Program-made: the position numbers and the translations under genes
Part shown: positions 1-14,414 of the stretch, in pieces
Layout: each line of letters begins with the position of its first letter
Position numbering within the stretch: position 1 is the first letter of the stretch
Source: Somniosus microcephalus
Taxonomy: Eukaryota
Assembly (NCBI GenBank): GCA_052327205.1
Contig: CM126223.1
Location: forward strand, 57,908,001 to 57,972,000
Direction: 5' to 3'
DNA length: 64,000 nucleotides
Notes under the pieces: model-generated
Database searches by the model: none
What the model was told of the DNA's origin: nothing
The model's input: the letters and a program-made list of their open reading frames with translations, nothing else

Positions 1-2348
1 TTATTTAAATGGACAGAACATGTGGCCCCTGAGAATAGTAACATTGTTCAGTATTCCCCAAACACACAGTGCTGGAAATGATAAATGAACAGGGGAGTTT
101 CTCAAAATGGCCAGTAGTAGGTGTGTATAAATTGGTACAACAACAAACCCAACACGTGCTGGCATTCCATTGTTGAGATTAAGAGCTCCTGTGAGTATAT
201 TAAAGCCTTTTCCCTTCAATGTGCAGAATGTAGTTTAAGAAAACTATTGTTGGTATTCTCCCTACCATCAATTGCTGCAAGAGGTATTCACCTGAATTGG
301 TATTGGGCTTCAGAAACTGGACAAAATAAAAAGTTAGGTAATTTATATCAAGATATACTTGCACTTGTAACTAGAATACAAATGTTTTGTTACTATAGTT
401 GGAAATGATCATTAGCATTAAAATAGAAACTTTAATTTATAACTTCAGAGTGATGAAAGTGTTGTTGTTTCTTGTAAGTTTTTAAATAGTTAATTTTTAG
501 GGGATTTTCTGCCTGTTATTTTGTGTTCTTTACTCTCCCTTTCCACATGCTGCGTGTCACCTTTAACGAGAGGTAGGCAGGCAACCTGTTTCAGTCCTCT
601 GCAAGTATTGCTAGCATCTATTAGATGACGTGCAACACTGCGCACCGGTTTCACTCCTCTTTCTGCCCTCCCCCAGGGCAACGGGAAAGAGTGTAGTGTA
701 ATCTGATGTGTAGAAATAGATGTTGCACTTGTATTGAAAATGAGACCAGTATCTATGTTGCAGAAACATTAAAATATATGGTGTAGAGTGGAATACAAAC
801 AGGTGGTTATTGACACCCAGAGCCACCAATAACCTAATTATTGTCACTAGTGTTTGTATGAAAAATAGCAAAGATTTTGATTGTGAACTACTTTAAAATT
901 GTGTAAATAAAATAGCATAGCATAAGATGCGAGCAAGTTAAAAGGTATTTCTCCAGGAATTGTTTTTAAAATCAAACATTTGTAAAATATTCTCATAAAT
1001 TTGTGTGAATAGTTTTTATCAACTGCAACAGAGTGGGGAGGATAAATTAACATTAGTGGAGTATGTAGGCATTAATTCAGTGCTTAGCAATTGTCATTGC
1101 AGCTGTGTGCCAATTCAAGTTCCTTAGTGTTGGCTCCAAGCCAGTTCCTGATGTCCGCAGCTCTCACTTAGCAAAAATATTTGTTTAACAAATCAACAAA
1201 AATACATGCAAAAATCTAAAGACAATGATGATTACAAATGTATTAATTTTCTTTAAACCTGTACTGATGCTGATTATCCTCCTAATATACTCGCAGTGTT
1301 TTCTGAATCTAAAAAATATCCAACTAGTAGAACTTTGTGCAATTATCTTAGTAATGGACATTGACAGCTGGTGATGAATCTACAGGGATGAAATTTAGTG
1401 ACTTCGAATCATAGGAATAGAAAACATTAAGATTTTGTTTTGAGTCTATGGGGACATTAATAAAGGGTTGACTTTTAACTGATTATCAGACTGGAAACTG
1501 CTCCAGGACTACAGTGAAGGTTGACAATGTGAAGTGCATCATTACATTCTCCACACTGCTTTGTGCCTGCTTGTTTCTGTTTTTAAACCAGCTTTGTTGT
1601 TTTTACGATGGAAAGCATTACACCTTAAAATGCTTAATGGCAAGTCATACCATTTTCCAGGTGTGCAGCAATATTCATATGTATGGCTATTGTAGTAAAA
1701 TAGCACAAAAACAATGAGGATGAAGGTGGGGGGGGATCTATTAATGGACAGCCAGCATGATTTCTCTGCACGTTTACAATTTATTTCCATTTAACCAAAT
1801 TATGGGCTGGAATAGTTGACTAAGCATGGGAAAGATGCTTAAGTAATAGGGTCATTTATTCTAAATTGTGGGGGATGGGGCATTGGAATTTTGAGCTTGT
1901 GACACAAGTAGCCAATGCTATAGTTTTGAAATTTACCCCATTTTCTTGCTCCTATGGTTTTCACTTTCACTCTGTGTATCAAATTTCTGTTGCTGTACAG
2001 TTGTGATTTTGCATATCCATATTTGATGTATTTGTATATTTTACATCTTGGTCTCCTTTGCTTCACCCTGATCTTTGATGCTTGCACAGCTCATGTCATC
2101 TCCTGCACAAAAATCCCACCCATTCTTTGAGGTAAACTGACTCCATATTTCCAGCGAATTAACTTCAAGATCTTCATCTTTAAGTCCCTCCACAGCCTTA
2201 ATAGCCTATATACGCAGTCTTCTACTGCCGAGATTCCCTATCCATAGTCTCTCTCCTGTCTTCGGATTACTGCCTGTTCTCTGCCCCATTGGCTATTCAG
2301 TCATGGTGCCCGTACCTGCTGGAATTCTCTTCCTAAATCATTTGTGTT

Positions 2349-2650
2349 TACAGAGTATAGTGGTTATGATACTGGATTAGTAACCCAGAGGTTCAGTGTT
2401 CAAATCCCACCATGGCAAATTATGAAATTGAATGGAATAAATCTGGTAAAGTAAGGACTAGCGCCTGAAAAATGACCATGAAAGCTGTCGGATTGTCAAT
2501 AACTCAGCTGATTTACAGGTCCATCAGTGAAGGGAGCCTGCCACCCCAACCTGGCCTGACCTATATGTGACAAGTCCCACAGAATTGATTCTTAATGCCC
2601 TTGGGGGCTGCATTGCCAGCATAGCCCACATCCTTAGAACAAAAAAAAAG
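2349..2650 (+). mobile_element. tRNA-derived SINE with LINE-type tail
   Basis: TAGTGGTTATG..ACTGGATTAGTAACCCAGAG head, GTTCAAATCCC B-box and GCCCACATCC tail followed by an A-run. Confidence 0.7.
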
Positions 2651-5600
2651 ACTTGTTGGCAGCAGATTTGTGCTTAGTGACCTGTTTGCTGGAATGTTGA
2701 ATTAGGATATGACGACATTGATGCTTCAGTGTTTGTTACAGATTTGAATGCTTCTTCTTACACTGATCTATTGCATCGTGAGCTTGTCTGCTTTGCACGT
2801 CTTAGTTTATTGTAGACCTGCACTGATTGCAGGTGGATTAGTGAATTTTTGACAAGGTGGCATCTACGCATCTTACCAGAAACTTTATAATTGTTTTAAA
2901 AATGTATTCATCAATGTTCATTTGTACTTGTATTGGTACTTGTTGTATAGCTCAGTGGCACTAGTTCTAAAATCACTGAGCAATCTGACCAATCGGTTTT
3001 TGTTAGATGATCATTGACTATAGATCATTTCGCTAGTTTAATAGTGTATATTGAAAAGATTTAATTCAGTCTGATGGAAAACTTTACTGGATATAATTAT
3101 GCTTTTTGGCTGGTGGAAATACTGAGTTAACATTTCTTTCTCCCCTCACTAGTTAGAGGATCATTTAACCAAGACAAAAAAAATCAGAAAATGCTTCTGC
3201 TCTAAAGTATTGCTCGGCATTTCTGTGATTAGATTTTAATCTAAAAATGAGTCGGCGTCTAGTTTTATGCTTTTGCAGTAGGTTTTTGAAATGCAAGTGG
3301 GTCAAACCCCAATACAATGCAGGAAGAAAATCTCCCCCCCCCCCCCCCCCCCCAGTTTGAAGTGTTGAAAACTACTGAAGCCAGGCGTAGTCGGTCTCAT
3401 TATTAAACTACAGAAGCATAAAAAAAGAATGGACCCTGTCAGACACCATCTGTTCAAGGCTGGTGAATTCAAACACAGGGAAATTGGGAGCACTAGACAA
3501 ACACTGGTTCTTATTCCAAGCTCCAACCCCTCATTAAATTATCTAGAGACAGTAATCAGATATCTGCTGTTCAAATTAATGGCACCTTAGCGCTCATGTC
3601 AAGAGTTTGTTAATGTGTAGCAGTTCCATGTTTAGACCACGAGTAGTGCAGGTGTCTTTCAGCTCTCATTTAATTTAAGCAGCTTTGTTGTCATGACAAT
3701 TAGTTGAGACATCAGGGATATGTTATGTCAGGGATGCAAATTTATAGAATTTTCAATCAATGTATAAAGCAACAGCCAATTGAAGTTTCCATTAGTACAT
3801 TTTTTAAATTAATAAATTCTAGATGAATGCTTTGAGGTTTGGAGTCATTTGATATCGTGCCCTTGTATAACTGTTTCAAAAATGTGATTGCTAAATTCAG
3901 TACAGATATTGTCTGAAAGGATTTCTAATTGGTTCAAACATACAGCATACTGCAAGTGTATATAAAGGATTAAATTTATAGAACAGAGGTGAACATGTGC
4001 AACTGGGCTTCTATACATAAGAGCCTGCCTCTTAACCAAGTTGTGCATTTAGAATGCCACGACTGCCTACTATTCCAGTTTAGCAGCTGGACCACTAGGT
4101 CAAACACTAAGTTATGGTGGGCTGCTTCATTTGGAAGACCAAAAGCATCATAGTTTTTTGTTCATGCAGAAATGGCCCAGCAGCATTGACAGCAATCAAA
4201 TCGTCCAGAAGTATAATATTGACTTATGGCTGAAGGAGCCTTCAGAACTAATGGTCTGCTTTAACACTTGATAATGAAAATTGTGTTATAATGAATTTAT
4301 ATTGCTCTTTCATGGACTTTGCAGTTAACTAAGTTAAAACCTGGATTAGCGCATGGCAAGCTCCACGGCAGCTTTAAGCTGATTTACTATTGAGCCAGCT
4401 GTCCCATTCATGAAGTAAAAGCAAATGACCTGGATATCTGAAGTTGGGCATCTAATTATTTATCTTAATATCTAAAATGAAGGTAGGTTTGTATGAAAAT
4501 ACTACATTACAGTAGTAAGGTTGAAAAGGACCTTATATTAAGCGACTTGTATTGTTTCCTTTTTCAGCCATTTATAGCATTGCACATAGTTTTCTTTTAG
4601 CCTGAAGTTATCTGTTTAAACAAAATTCCACATGCTTTGCTTTGACATTGAAAAAGAGCTTGCACGCAACGAGGCAAACCACCTTACGTCATGCGTATTA
4701 ATCCATATTAGCTTGTTTATATCAACACTTGTTTCCAAAAAGTGTTTCCTCTTCCCTCGTCTAAGCAGCCTTCCCATTGGTAACTAAAAACTGGTGGATC
4801 TGCTTCTTTTTGACACCAATCACACTCGGGAAGCAGATTTTTTTGGTACCGATCCGCGTTTGATCCTGTTTAATGCTACCAATTACTAAGTTCTGTAGAT
4901 AAAGTCTGTAAACTCAAATTTAGGCGCACATATTGTACCTAGTGTCTGAAGGATTCTTATTATATTCCACTGAAGTTTCTCCCTAGACAATGTACTTCCA
5001 AGCAAAATGACCCCTTAGATAATTTGATTTTTGTTTCATAGACCCTAGTTGCCATGGGATACAATTTGTTACTTGTAGCACTTTTTTAAACAGTTTAACT
5101 CCTCACTTGCAGGTGCTGATTCATGCTGGCCTTCAGTTTGCCCATATGGCCATTATGTCAGCCTAGATATGAATGTTGAGGTGTTGGACCATGAAAGGTC
5201 TTGCAGCCAACCTCCATTTCCATCCTCGATTTACTTCCAGTAGGAGTCTCTAGATAGGAAACAGCAGGAATCCTGTTTCTCTCCCACCCCCACTCCTACT
5301 CCTGAGTCCAGGGTGCTGAAGCCAATTATACAATCCCTGTATTAGTTTGGCTAAAATGAGAACTCCTCGGAGATTGGGGATCAAACCTGGAAGCTTTGTA
5401 TGCTGATTAGCACACCAGATGGTGCATTTACTCATTGAACCATTGGGGAACTTTCAACTGCTTCCTCCAGAGTCCTAATAAAAATGTAATTAAAGATTAG
5501 AACTTTTTCCTAAATGTCTTTTCAGAAGAATTGTTGGAGTTGCTATAAAACGCAAGCCACTGCTGAAGTAAAATAAGGTTACTGAAAGGGGCTGTTGGTT

Positions 5601-5888
5601 TAACTAAAGAAATTTCACTTGTTTAATGACCTAATTTTTCCCAAAATTTTTCTTAATAGGTGATTTAAAAGTTACATGTTGACAAACATTTGCATCAAAA
5701 TGATAAATATTCTGAAAGTCAGAATTTAAATGAAAAATAAAATGAAGCCGATTATCAGAGCCTCCTAGAGCTTTGTATTGTACTTCATTGGCTGTAAAGC
5801 GCTTTGGGGTGTCCTGCGGTCATGAAAGGCGCTATATAAAGGCAAGTCGTTTCTTTGTATCTGTCTTCATTCCAGCTTAGTGTGCTAA

Positions 5889-6185
<297 letters not shown>

Positions 6186-6210
6186 TAGTAATCCTTGCAG
6201 AACTGTCAAC

Positions 6211-6410
6211 TGGCTCATTGGTAGCAGTCACACCTGAGTCAAAAGGTTGTAGGTTCAAGCCCCACTACAGGACTTAAGCACATAATCTAGGCTGACACCT
6301 CAGTGGAGTACTGTACTGAGGCAGTGCTGCATGGTTGGAAGTGCTGTCTTTCGGACAAGACGTTAAACCAAGGATCCATCTGCTCTCAAGTGTATGTAAA
6401 AATCCCATGA
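6211..6410 (+). mobile_element. SacSINE1/DeuSINE-like SINE (5' part)
   Basis: TGGCTCATTGGTAGC A-box, GGTTCAAGCCC B-box and an ATCTAGGCTGACAC...GTCTTTCGGA..AGACGTTAAACC core. Confidence 0.7.
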
Positions 6411-6978
6411 GCATGTGTTGATTGCAAAGGTAAAACACAGTGAGACCATGGAGGCATTTAAAAGCGAGGATGAAAATGTTTAAATTGACTCGCTGGGGTC
6501 TGGCGGACCTTGGAAAGGATGGGGGTAATAGGATTGTGGGACTTTGTGGGTGAGATGTGGGCTGTGTTGTTGCAGATGAGTTGAAGCTTGCAGAGAGTTG
6601 AGGCAGGCCAGCTGAGAGCCTTGGAGAAGGAGGTAATGGCTTGGACTAGGATTCTAGTGGCAGAGGGAGGAGTAAAGATGGCTCAAGTTAGAGGTGGAAG
6701 AATGTGGCCTCGGATGTAGTTATTGGCCAAGCAGTGCACCAAGGTTCTGCACCTCCTGAGGCAGCAGTTAAGAAAATTGATCAAATCTAGACCGTGGGTG
6801 CCCTGTTGTATCAAAATATTAATGTTTGCTTTCTGTATCCTGTCAAGTATCTTGTATACTTTCATAAGATTTCCTAATGAACTCTAGCTTATCAAGCCAT
6901 TCCACACAGCTCATTTTCGAACACTGGGGATTGTCTTTGCACTCATTTGCACGGTCTCTAGGACCTGATGTACTTTAT

Positions 6979-7716
6979 GGGCCAGTAATCCCGGTCCCAA
7001 CGCGTGAGTACGGACGGGGTACTCGCGCGTGGGCCCGTTGGAAGTGCCGGATTTCAGCAGCGTATGCGTGGGAAACCGGCATTTCCTCCCAAGGGGTTCA
7101 GAGGTCCAACAGGACTCTGCGCTCACGCGTTGAACTTCCTCCTTTTTGACAGGTTTGCCCGTGTGTAAGGGACTCCACTTTTTAGAAATGTAAAAAGGAG
7201 GTGCAAGGTCTTGATTCTTTAAGGTAAGTGGTCTATTATTTAAAATTATAACATTTTTTCCACAGCTTTATTGTTTTTAAGGACTTTACAGTAAGGTAAG
7301 TTTATTTTTAGACCCGATTTCTTAAATTATTTTTTTCAAAAATTTGATTAATTGTTTAAAATAGTTTTTTAAAGTTATTTATAGTTCATTTAATTAGTGG
7401 GATGTTTTTTAAAATTTTATTTAAAGTTTAAGTAGTGTTTTGGGCGCCCGTAGTTTTCATGAGTTTGACAGTTCTTACTATCAAACTCATGAATGAAGTT
7501 TTCCCTCCCCTGATTGGCTGCCCAGTGCTCACCTGATCCCAGCTGGCACATCGAACTAACTACGCCGCTGGATCAGGCAAGCACAGCGCGCCGACAGCTG
7601 AACCGGGCCAGTGACAGGAATTCCAAGCAGTCCCAGGCTTCAGCTGTCGGCGCGCCGGGTAAGTGCACATCAGGGGCTTGCACGCGGGGCAAGCCCCCGA
7701 TCCTAATTTCTGGGCC
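6979..7716. mobile_element. Non-autonomous DNA transposon (MITE family A, PIF/Harbinger-like), oriented opposite to 22774-23528
   Basis: Termini GGGCCAGTAATC / AATTTCTGGGCC, flanks TAT/AAT. CpG-rich palindromic subterminal regions around an AT-rich core. Interrupts CR1-like sequence. Confidence 0.85.
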
Positions 7717-7899
7717 AATATGTTGCAACCAGAACTGTGTGCCATTCCCCAGGTGCAGCCTGACCAGAGTGCTGTATAACTCAAGTACAGCTTCCAAGTA
7801 TTAAAAGTCAACTGTTTTAACAAAATAACCTAGCATCTTGTTCATTTTATTTCTTCACACTGGTCTTTTAACTTAACTTGCCCTTGATGACTTCTGTTC

Positions 7900-8460
7900 C
7901 ACCCATAGAGTACACATAATCTCCTATTTAAGACCATTTGGACATCTTGGCACATCCATCCAGAAAGATACCACCGTTTCCTCCCCCCTCCTTATGGCAT
8001 TCTGTTAGCAACTCCAGGATTTTTGTCTCTATTGCTCTACCCTTCCATGTGTTGGTGACTTTGTTTGACAAACCTTATCCCATCAGTCCTTAAGTTGCCT
8101 TTTACTAGTTTGAACCCATGTCCCTTGACATCTTTCTTCAGTTTGAAGTAAATTTTTGCATCGACCATTTACTATCTTCAGACTCTCAGGACTGATGCCT
8201 CCTTTTCAAGCTGAAAATCTCCATCTTTTCAATTTCTCCTTCTACCATAGTCCTGTAACACTATAGATTAGCCTCAGGCTTTTCACTGAACTGCTTTCAG
8301 GCCTAGAATCTGTCCCTTGTGTCTTGAAAACCAGAAATGGAGACACCACTCAAGGTGTGATCTGACCAATGCTCTATATAGTTTTGAGTATGACTTCCTC
8401 TGACTTGTATTACTATTTTCGCTATATAGTTCATTCTATTTGCTTTGTTAATTTCTGCTC
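7900..8460 (-). mobile_element. Degraded CR1 3' fragment
   Basis: Antisense CR1-like blocks such as CCAGAAATGGAGACACCACTCAAGGTGTGATCTGACCAATGCTCTATATAG. Confidence 0.6.
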
Positions 8461-9267
8461 TGCAGTAGTTGGTTTGACAGTAAATACAGCATTATGGAAG
8501 ATCTGTGAAGGAGGACAGGAAATTTTAGTGTTTGCTAAAAGGCAGAAATCTGTAAGATGCTGGCAGACGGGCTGTTGGTTAAACATTTGGAAGATTCCCT
8601 GAAGACAGGAATTTCATTCAAGAATTTCCTTTTTCAGCTTTGATTGCAGCCTTAGTCATTTCCAAAACCTATACTTTTTTGTAAAATAATTGCTGTTTTT
8701 TTTAAAATGCCTTAAATAGTGCTTTTGTATCACAAACTAATGCACTGCATTAGTCTTTTCCATTTCTGGTTATCAATTAGCAGTTTGAGATTTACATAGC
8801 TATTTTTGTGATGTGCAAAGTGTACATTTTTAAAGCTTCCATTGCATTGAAGGATGTGAATTGTTAAGTGGTCGAGGGATCTGAAAATTGACCAAAATCA
8901 ATTCTTTAGTGTAACCGATTCATATTACCTATTTGATTTTTTACATTTTCTGCCGTTCATCACAAGGCAGTTTTACAGAAACTATCTCCATCTATGGTAT
9001 TCAGACAGAACTTTTCACCAGTTTTAAATCTGAACGATGGCCATCAGGCTTGGTTATTTGTGGACCTCCTGTGTTAATTTATCCATTTATTTGTTAACCA
9101 AACAGATTCTCTCTTTAAAGAAAACATTTCCTGGAAAATTAAACTAATTTTTTGAACTTTACCAAAGCATTTTACAACATTTTTTTCACATTTTCCATGA
9201 GATGCAAAAGATCATCAGAACTCTATAATGCAGTATTTCTTAAAATGGTAAACCATTTCTGAAGACT

Positions 9268-9311
9268 CTAGAATACTATATTTTCAAACCTAGAATACTA
9301 TATTTTCAAAC
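9268..9311. repeat. Perfect 22-bp tandem duplication CTAGAATACTATATTTTCAAAC x2
   Basis: Read directly from the sequence. Confidence 0.9.
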
Positions 9312-11434
9312 CTAACATTTGGTCACTGTTCTTCCGCAGCAGTGCGAGCACATATGTAGGAGTGTTCTAGCTAGTATACCTGTGAAGTTTTAACATCAAT
9401 TTAAAAAGTAGAAGTGAAGGATATATTTGCATAAGACTTATAGGGAAATTATGATACTGTATTGTCGGGGAGGATCCATAAAAGAAATCATTTTGGGGTT
9501 TATTAATGCGTTTCTCAATGTAATCCTTGTCCATTCTGCTCTCCCTAACTCATACATGCAATGATCCCCTCCTATGCAAGTTGGAGTAAGGCAACCTGCT
9601 CTCTGGTCTACAGCAGTGCCTGCAACTGGCTATTGCAAGGTGCACCAGAGGCTGAATTGTGCCTCTCTCCACCTGGTTAACTGCCCTGCTTCTCTCAGTG
9701 AGGGCAATGCAGATAGAAATTGCAAATACAAGCCTGCGTCCTACCACCCCTGCAATCCAGATGATAAACCTATCTCAATGAAGAGGCAATGGAAAAGTAA
9801 TGGCAGCTGTAACTTTCTAGTGGTCCTGTTTTTTCCTATAAATATGCAAATATGTTTACATTTTGTTTAAATGGTGCCCTGATAATTTTCCTTTTTTGTA
9901 TCTCAAATTTACAACATGGCATCTTCATAAATAAAGGTTTTAAGTTCAGCTTATATATGTTAATACTAAAATTTCATTTTTTTTAAAATTTGGTGTCATT
10001 TTTTCAGTCCTCTGTGCCACAGGTGCAAATATCTCTCTTCTGCCTACAGTTTGTTTTATAATAGTTACATCTAACCTCTTATAGCAGAAAGAAGTAAAGC
10101 AAAAAATTATACCTCTATCTAGTGTGTGTATTGTTTTATGTCCTCTCTTAAATTTCAACTGAGTGGCAGATGCTACCCATTTATTATTTCACACTCTGCT
10201 CCTCTGTAAACAGCCACCAGAAGGTGTGCAAGAGCAGACCTGGGTTATTCCTGTTTTGACTTGGAAGGAATTTTCCAGGGAATGGCTTTTTCCCTGTCTT
10301 GACCGTGTTATCAAGCCATTTTGGTTAGAGTTTACCGTGCTAATAGTAAAACATGTTTCTTATTGAAAATGAGGTTCAACAATTTAGGCCATTAGAGGTG
10401 CCACTTTGCTATGAGTACATCTTTCAAACAAGCATGAAGTAGCGGAGCAAAGCATGACCTAAACCATCCCTTTCCCTATAAGCATACTGAGTACAGGTAC
10501 TCGGTTCCTAGCTTGGCTACTGGAGGGAAAATATATTTGCATCCTGTTATTTTATTATACACTCTTCCCACCCTGAGTGCAAATCACTCTTGGCAGAATT
10601 GCTTGGAGTGTAATTGCATGGCTTAATTTAAACAAAGTTACAATTTAAGGTACAGGAGAAATGTTTGAAGTAATGCATTTATATATTTGGTATTGAGAAA
10701 ATAAAAAGTTTGAAACTTTAATTTGGTTCTTTCTTTGGAACTTATTTTTGGCAGGAAGAAGTCATGAACAATGTATACAGTGCCTTTGTGACAGCTGTCA
10801 ACCAACCAAAGTGCTATTTTTTAATACAGATGTAGCAAACCAATGAACATATTCAGTATAATCAAACTTTGCTAATTCGATGTATGAAGAGGAAAAGTTC
10901 AAATGTTCACGTTTCCTTTGGCCAAGTTTCCAACTGTCATAGGAGTAGTTTTGAATGATTGATTATTGGGAACAAAAATACTGTACTAGCAGAAATTGTG
11001 CAATTGATCAGATTTACAAGAACTATACAGGACAGAAGTGGCACTAATGTAAATCTGTGTGTTTTCAAATTAATACATTTTGATTTATAAAATTACTAGA
11101 AAAATAATTTGTTACAATGGTAGGGCTTTTTGGAAAGTCATTCTCTAAATTTTTATACAAAGATTACAATGGCCTTAAATGTTAACTTCAAGGAACTTTT
11201 CAACAAAATAATTATAAGGTACTAATACTTTCACCCTGACTCTCTGAATATTAAGTTCATGTCTACTACTTAGACTAACTCAGCTCTGTCCTTTCTCCTC
11301 CCCCTGCCTCCACCCCAGAGAAGAAAACTTTGTGTAGTGAAGCTTGGTTCATAATTGTCACTCTCTTGTTTAAATTAGATGGTAACACAATGCTTTGGAT
11401 TGCACTTGTGGGTTTGTATCTGTCTAAGTTCTTT

Positions 11435-11850
11435 GCTCAGTGGCAGCACTGTTATGAGTCAGAAGGTCATTGGTTTAAGACCCATTTTAGAGACTTGAAC
11501 ACATAGTTCAGGCTGACACTTCAGTGCTGCACTGTTAGAGATGCCGTCTTATAGACGAGATATTAAACGTCTGTTAAGTGCCTCCGTCTGTTCTCAGGTG
11601 GGTGTAAAGGACCCCATGGTACTAGTCGAAGAACAGTATGGGAGTCTTGTCCAATATTTATCTCTCAACCAACATCACTAAAAACAGATTATCCAGTTAC
11701 TTATCTCATTGCTGTTTGTGGGACTTGCTGTGCACAAATTGGTGCACTTGCCTACAACAGTGACTATACTTCAAAAATACTTAATTGGCTGTGACGCGCT
11801 TTGGGATGTCCTGCGGGTATGAAAAGTGCTATATAAATGCAATTTCTTAT
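11435..11850 (+). mobile_element. SacSINE1/DeuSINE-like SINE (near full length, L2-type tail)
   Basis: GCTCAGTGGCAGCAC head, GGCTGACACT core and GTGCTATATAAATGCAA tail. Confidence 0.75.
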
Positions 11851-12266
11851 TTTATGTCAACCATACTGTTAAAGGGCGTGTAGATACCACGTGGTACTTC
11901 ACAAGGAAGAAGGGAATCAGCACATGATGCACTTGCACATCTCTTAGCAGTCAGAGCATCAAGAATGAGAAATGGGGATATATTTTAGTATGCAACACAT
12001 GATTAACTTTTTTTGGGGTATATAATTAAATTTCTAACTTTATTTTGCGCATTAAAAGGGCAGCAACTGAGTAAAGCCAGCTTGCTAAGTTTTCCTGCAA
12101 CCTTTGGATGAAACTGATATTTTAGAGAAGTTGATTAGAGATGGGAATTGATTTTGCATGTGTTTAAGTTGTAGTGTTCATGTTGCCAACTTCTGGAAAC
12201 TGACTTCAGTTGACTAAAATAAAAACCAGGAGAGAATGTTGTAGATTTATTTTTTGTTAAATTTAG

Positions 12267-12554
<288 letters not shown>

Positions 12555-12710
12555 TGATAGGTAATGAAAATAAGTATTCTATTTCTGCTTTATATGGCAA
12601 AGTATACGCTCTTTTCTGTGCATCCCAAAAATGGCTACTTATTGTAGGACTGCTAAATTACTGAATGGAATTTTCAGAAAAGCTAAATGCACAACTTACT
12701 GGAAAATATT

Positions 12711-13446
12711 GGCCCAGATTTTGCCGTCAGTGGCAAAGTTACTGTGCTCGATGCTGACCTTTTAAGAAAGCTGCCCACAAAGATCTAGTGATCTCTGGTG
12801 TGGATTTCATCTTTTCAACATTAATTTAATTCTGGCACCATCTATAGGGGCTCTCTGGTGTCCAGCAACAGTGATGTCATCAAGCAGGCTAAGCAGCCAA
12901 TCACATTGATGAATCTCTCGGCCAGCAAACCAGGAAGTAAAAAACACTGATTATCCTTCACTTTTTAATCATTTTACAGAGAACGAAATAGAAATTGGGA
13001 CATACACATGGGATTAAGATAGAAGCTGAAATATCATCTTTTTTTTTTAAAGGTTATTTTAAAAATCTATGGGAATTTTTATCATGGAGAAATTTGACAT
13101 TCCACAAATATAAAATTAGTTTTTCAGGGCCAGAGAGGTTGTTCAACAGTAATTATAACTTAGTACGCTGCCAGTTACACCTCATTCAGCAAGGCTTATC
13201 TTTCTCAGGGTTTTTTACAGCAAAATTAAAGCGTAAAAAGTGGAGGTTAACGTCAATTCAAGTGATTTGTAAGATTTCCACCTGCGAGGACTTTCAACGG
13301 TGGAGGAGCAGGGTATTACTGACAGCAACTTCTGGATTTCCATATTTAAATGTGCATGTGCAGAAGCCAGAAGTTGCTGCCTGTTTCAGAGTCATGATGG
13401 CGAACGCTGACAATTTTGCCATCATTACAATTGCAAATTCCGGGCC
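12711..13446. mobile_element. MITE family B (GGCCC termini, Harbinger-like)
   Basis: TIR GGCCCAGATTTTGC / GCAAATTCCGGGCC with ATT on both flanks. Internal blocks are shared with the 25127 and 37392 copies. Confidence 0.85.
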
Positions 13447-13526
13447 ATTACATTATGCTACAGCATAGTTGATGCACAAAGGAACACTAAACATTTTAAG
13501 TTTACTCTAGAAAATCATTGTTAATA

Positions 13527-14045
13527 CAGGAAATTCTTTGGTATCCGGCGCGTTGCCGGTTGATCAAAAATTCCAGATGACGGAGAGGGTTATCTACTGA
13601 GGCTATTTTTAACAAAGAAAAAGAAAAAAATCAAGAAATGTGCAGTATACAGTAATTGGGTACTCACCTACAGAATGTTGTGTTAAATGGATGGTGGAAG
13701 ATGCTTGATTAAGTACAGTACTGCCAGTTGAGGGTAATGCAATGCAATGACTACCAGCAGCGTGGGAGACACACACTACCCCTGTAAAATGGCAGATCAG
13801 AAGAGACTACCGGCAGCGCGGGAGAGTCAGACTCCTGTTACAGGGGTATTGAGGTGTTCCGACTTCCGACAGTGCCAAGAAGCCAAGTAGTGGCAGTTTG
13901 GAGAACCACTGACTAACTCGGCCACTGCGGGAGACTCTGACTCGGCAACATTGCCGGTTATTGAGGTGTTGTTTTCGGAGTGAGAATTTTGCCGGTTAAT
14001 AGAGAATTCCGGCTATTTAGGTGCCGTTTAAACAAGAGTTTCCTG
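13527..14045. mobile_element. Tc1/mariner (pogo/Tigger-like) MITE, family C
   Basis: TA|CAGGAAATTCTTTG ... AAGAGTTTCCTG|TA, with a TA TSD. Confidence 0.85.
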
Positions 14046-14350
14046 TATTACTTAATGCTATGTTTTTGTTTTACAAAGAAATGCTGTTTCTCTTAGTTAT
14101 CATACATTTTATAGAACAATACCAATCAAAATTGCAAACCTTGCAACCTCATTTTTATTTGGTAGTAAGGTGCTCTGCATGCACAAATCAGAGTTATTCT
14201 CAAGAATTTATTTTACACAAACTCCTAAAACAATTGTTGGCTTGGTTTTAAAAACTTGGCACAAGCTCCCTGATAGTTCGGTGGGTTTGGCCTGTATGTA
14301 GCTGAGCCACTCAACCAGGAAGATCCCAGGTTTGGTCCTCGGACCAGAGT

Positions 14351-14414
14351 TAGCTTGGTGCTGCTCGTTTGGGGAGGTCAAATAGCTTGGTGCTGCTCGT
14401 TTGGGGAGGTCAAA
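14351..14414. repeat. 32-bp tandem duplication TAGCTTGGTGCTGCTCGTTTGGGGAGGTCAAA x2 within an old SINE
   Basis: Read directly from the sequence. Confidence 0.9.

Noticed and set aside
12995-13468. 157-aa ORF (longest in the window) as a gene or transposase
   Set aside because: It lies almost wholly within a family B MITE, shows no recognisable domain, and has no equivalent ORF in the sister copies.
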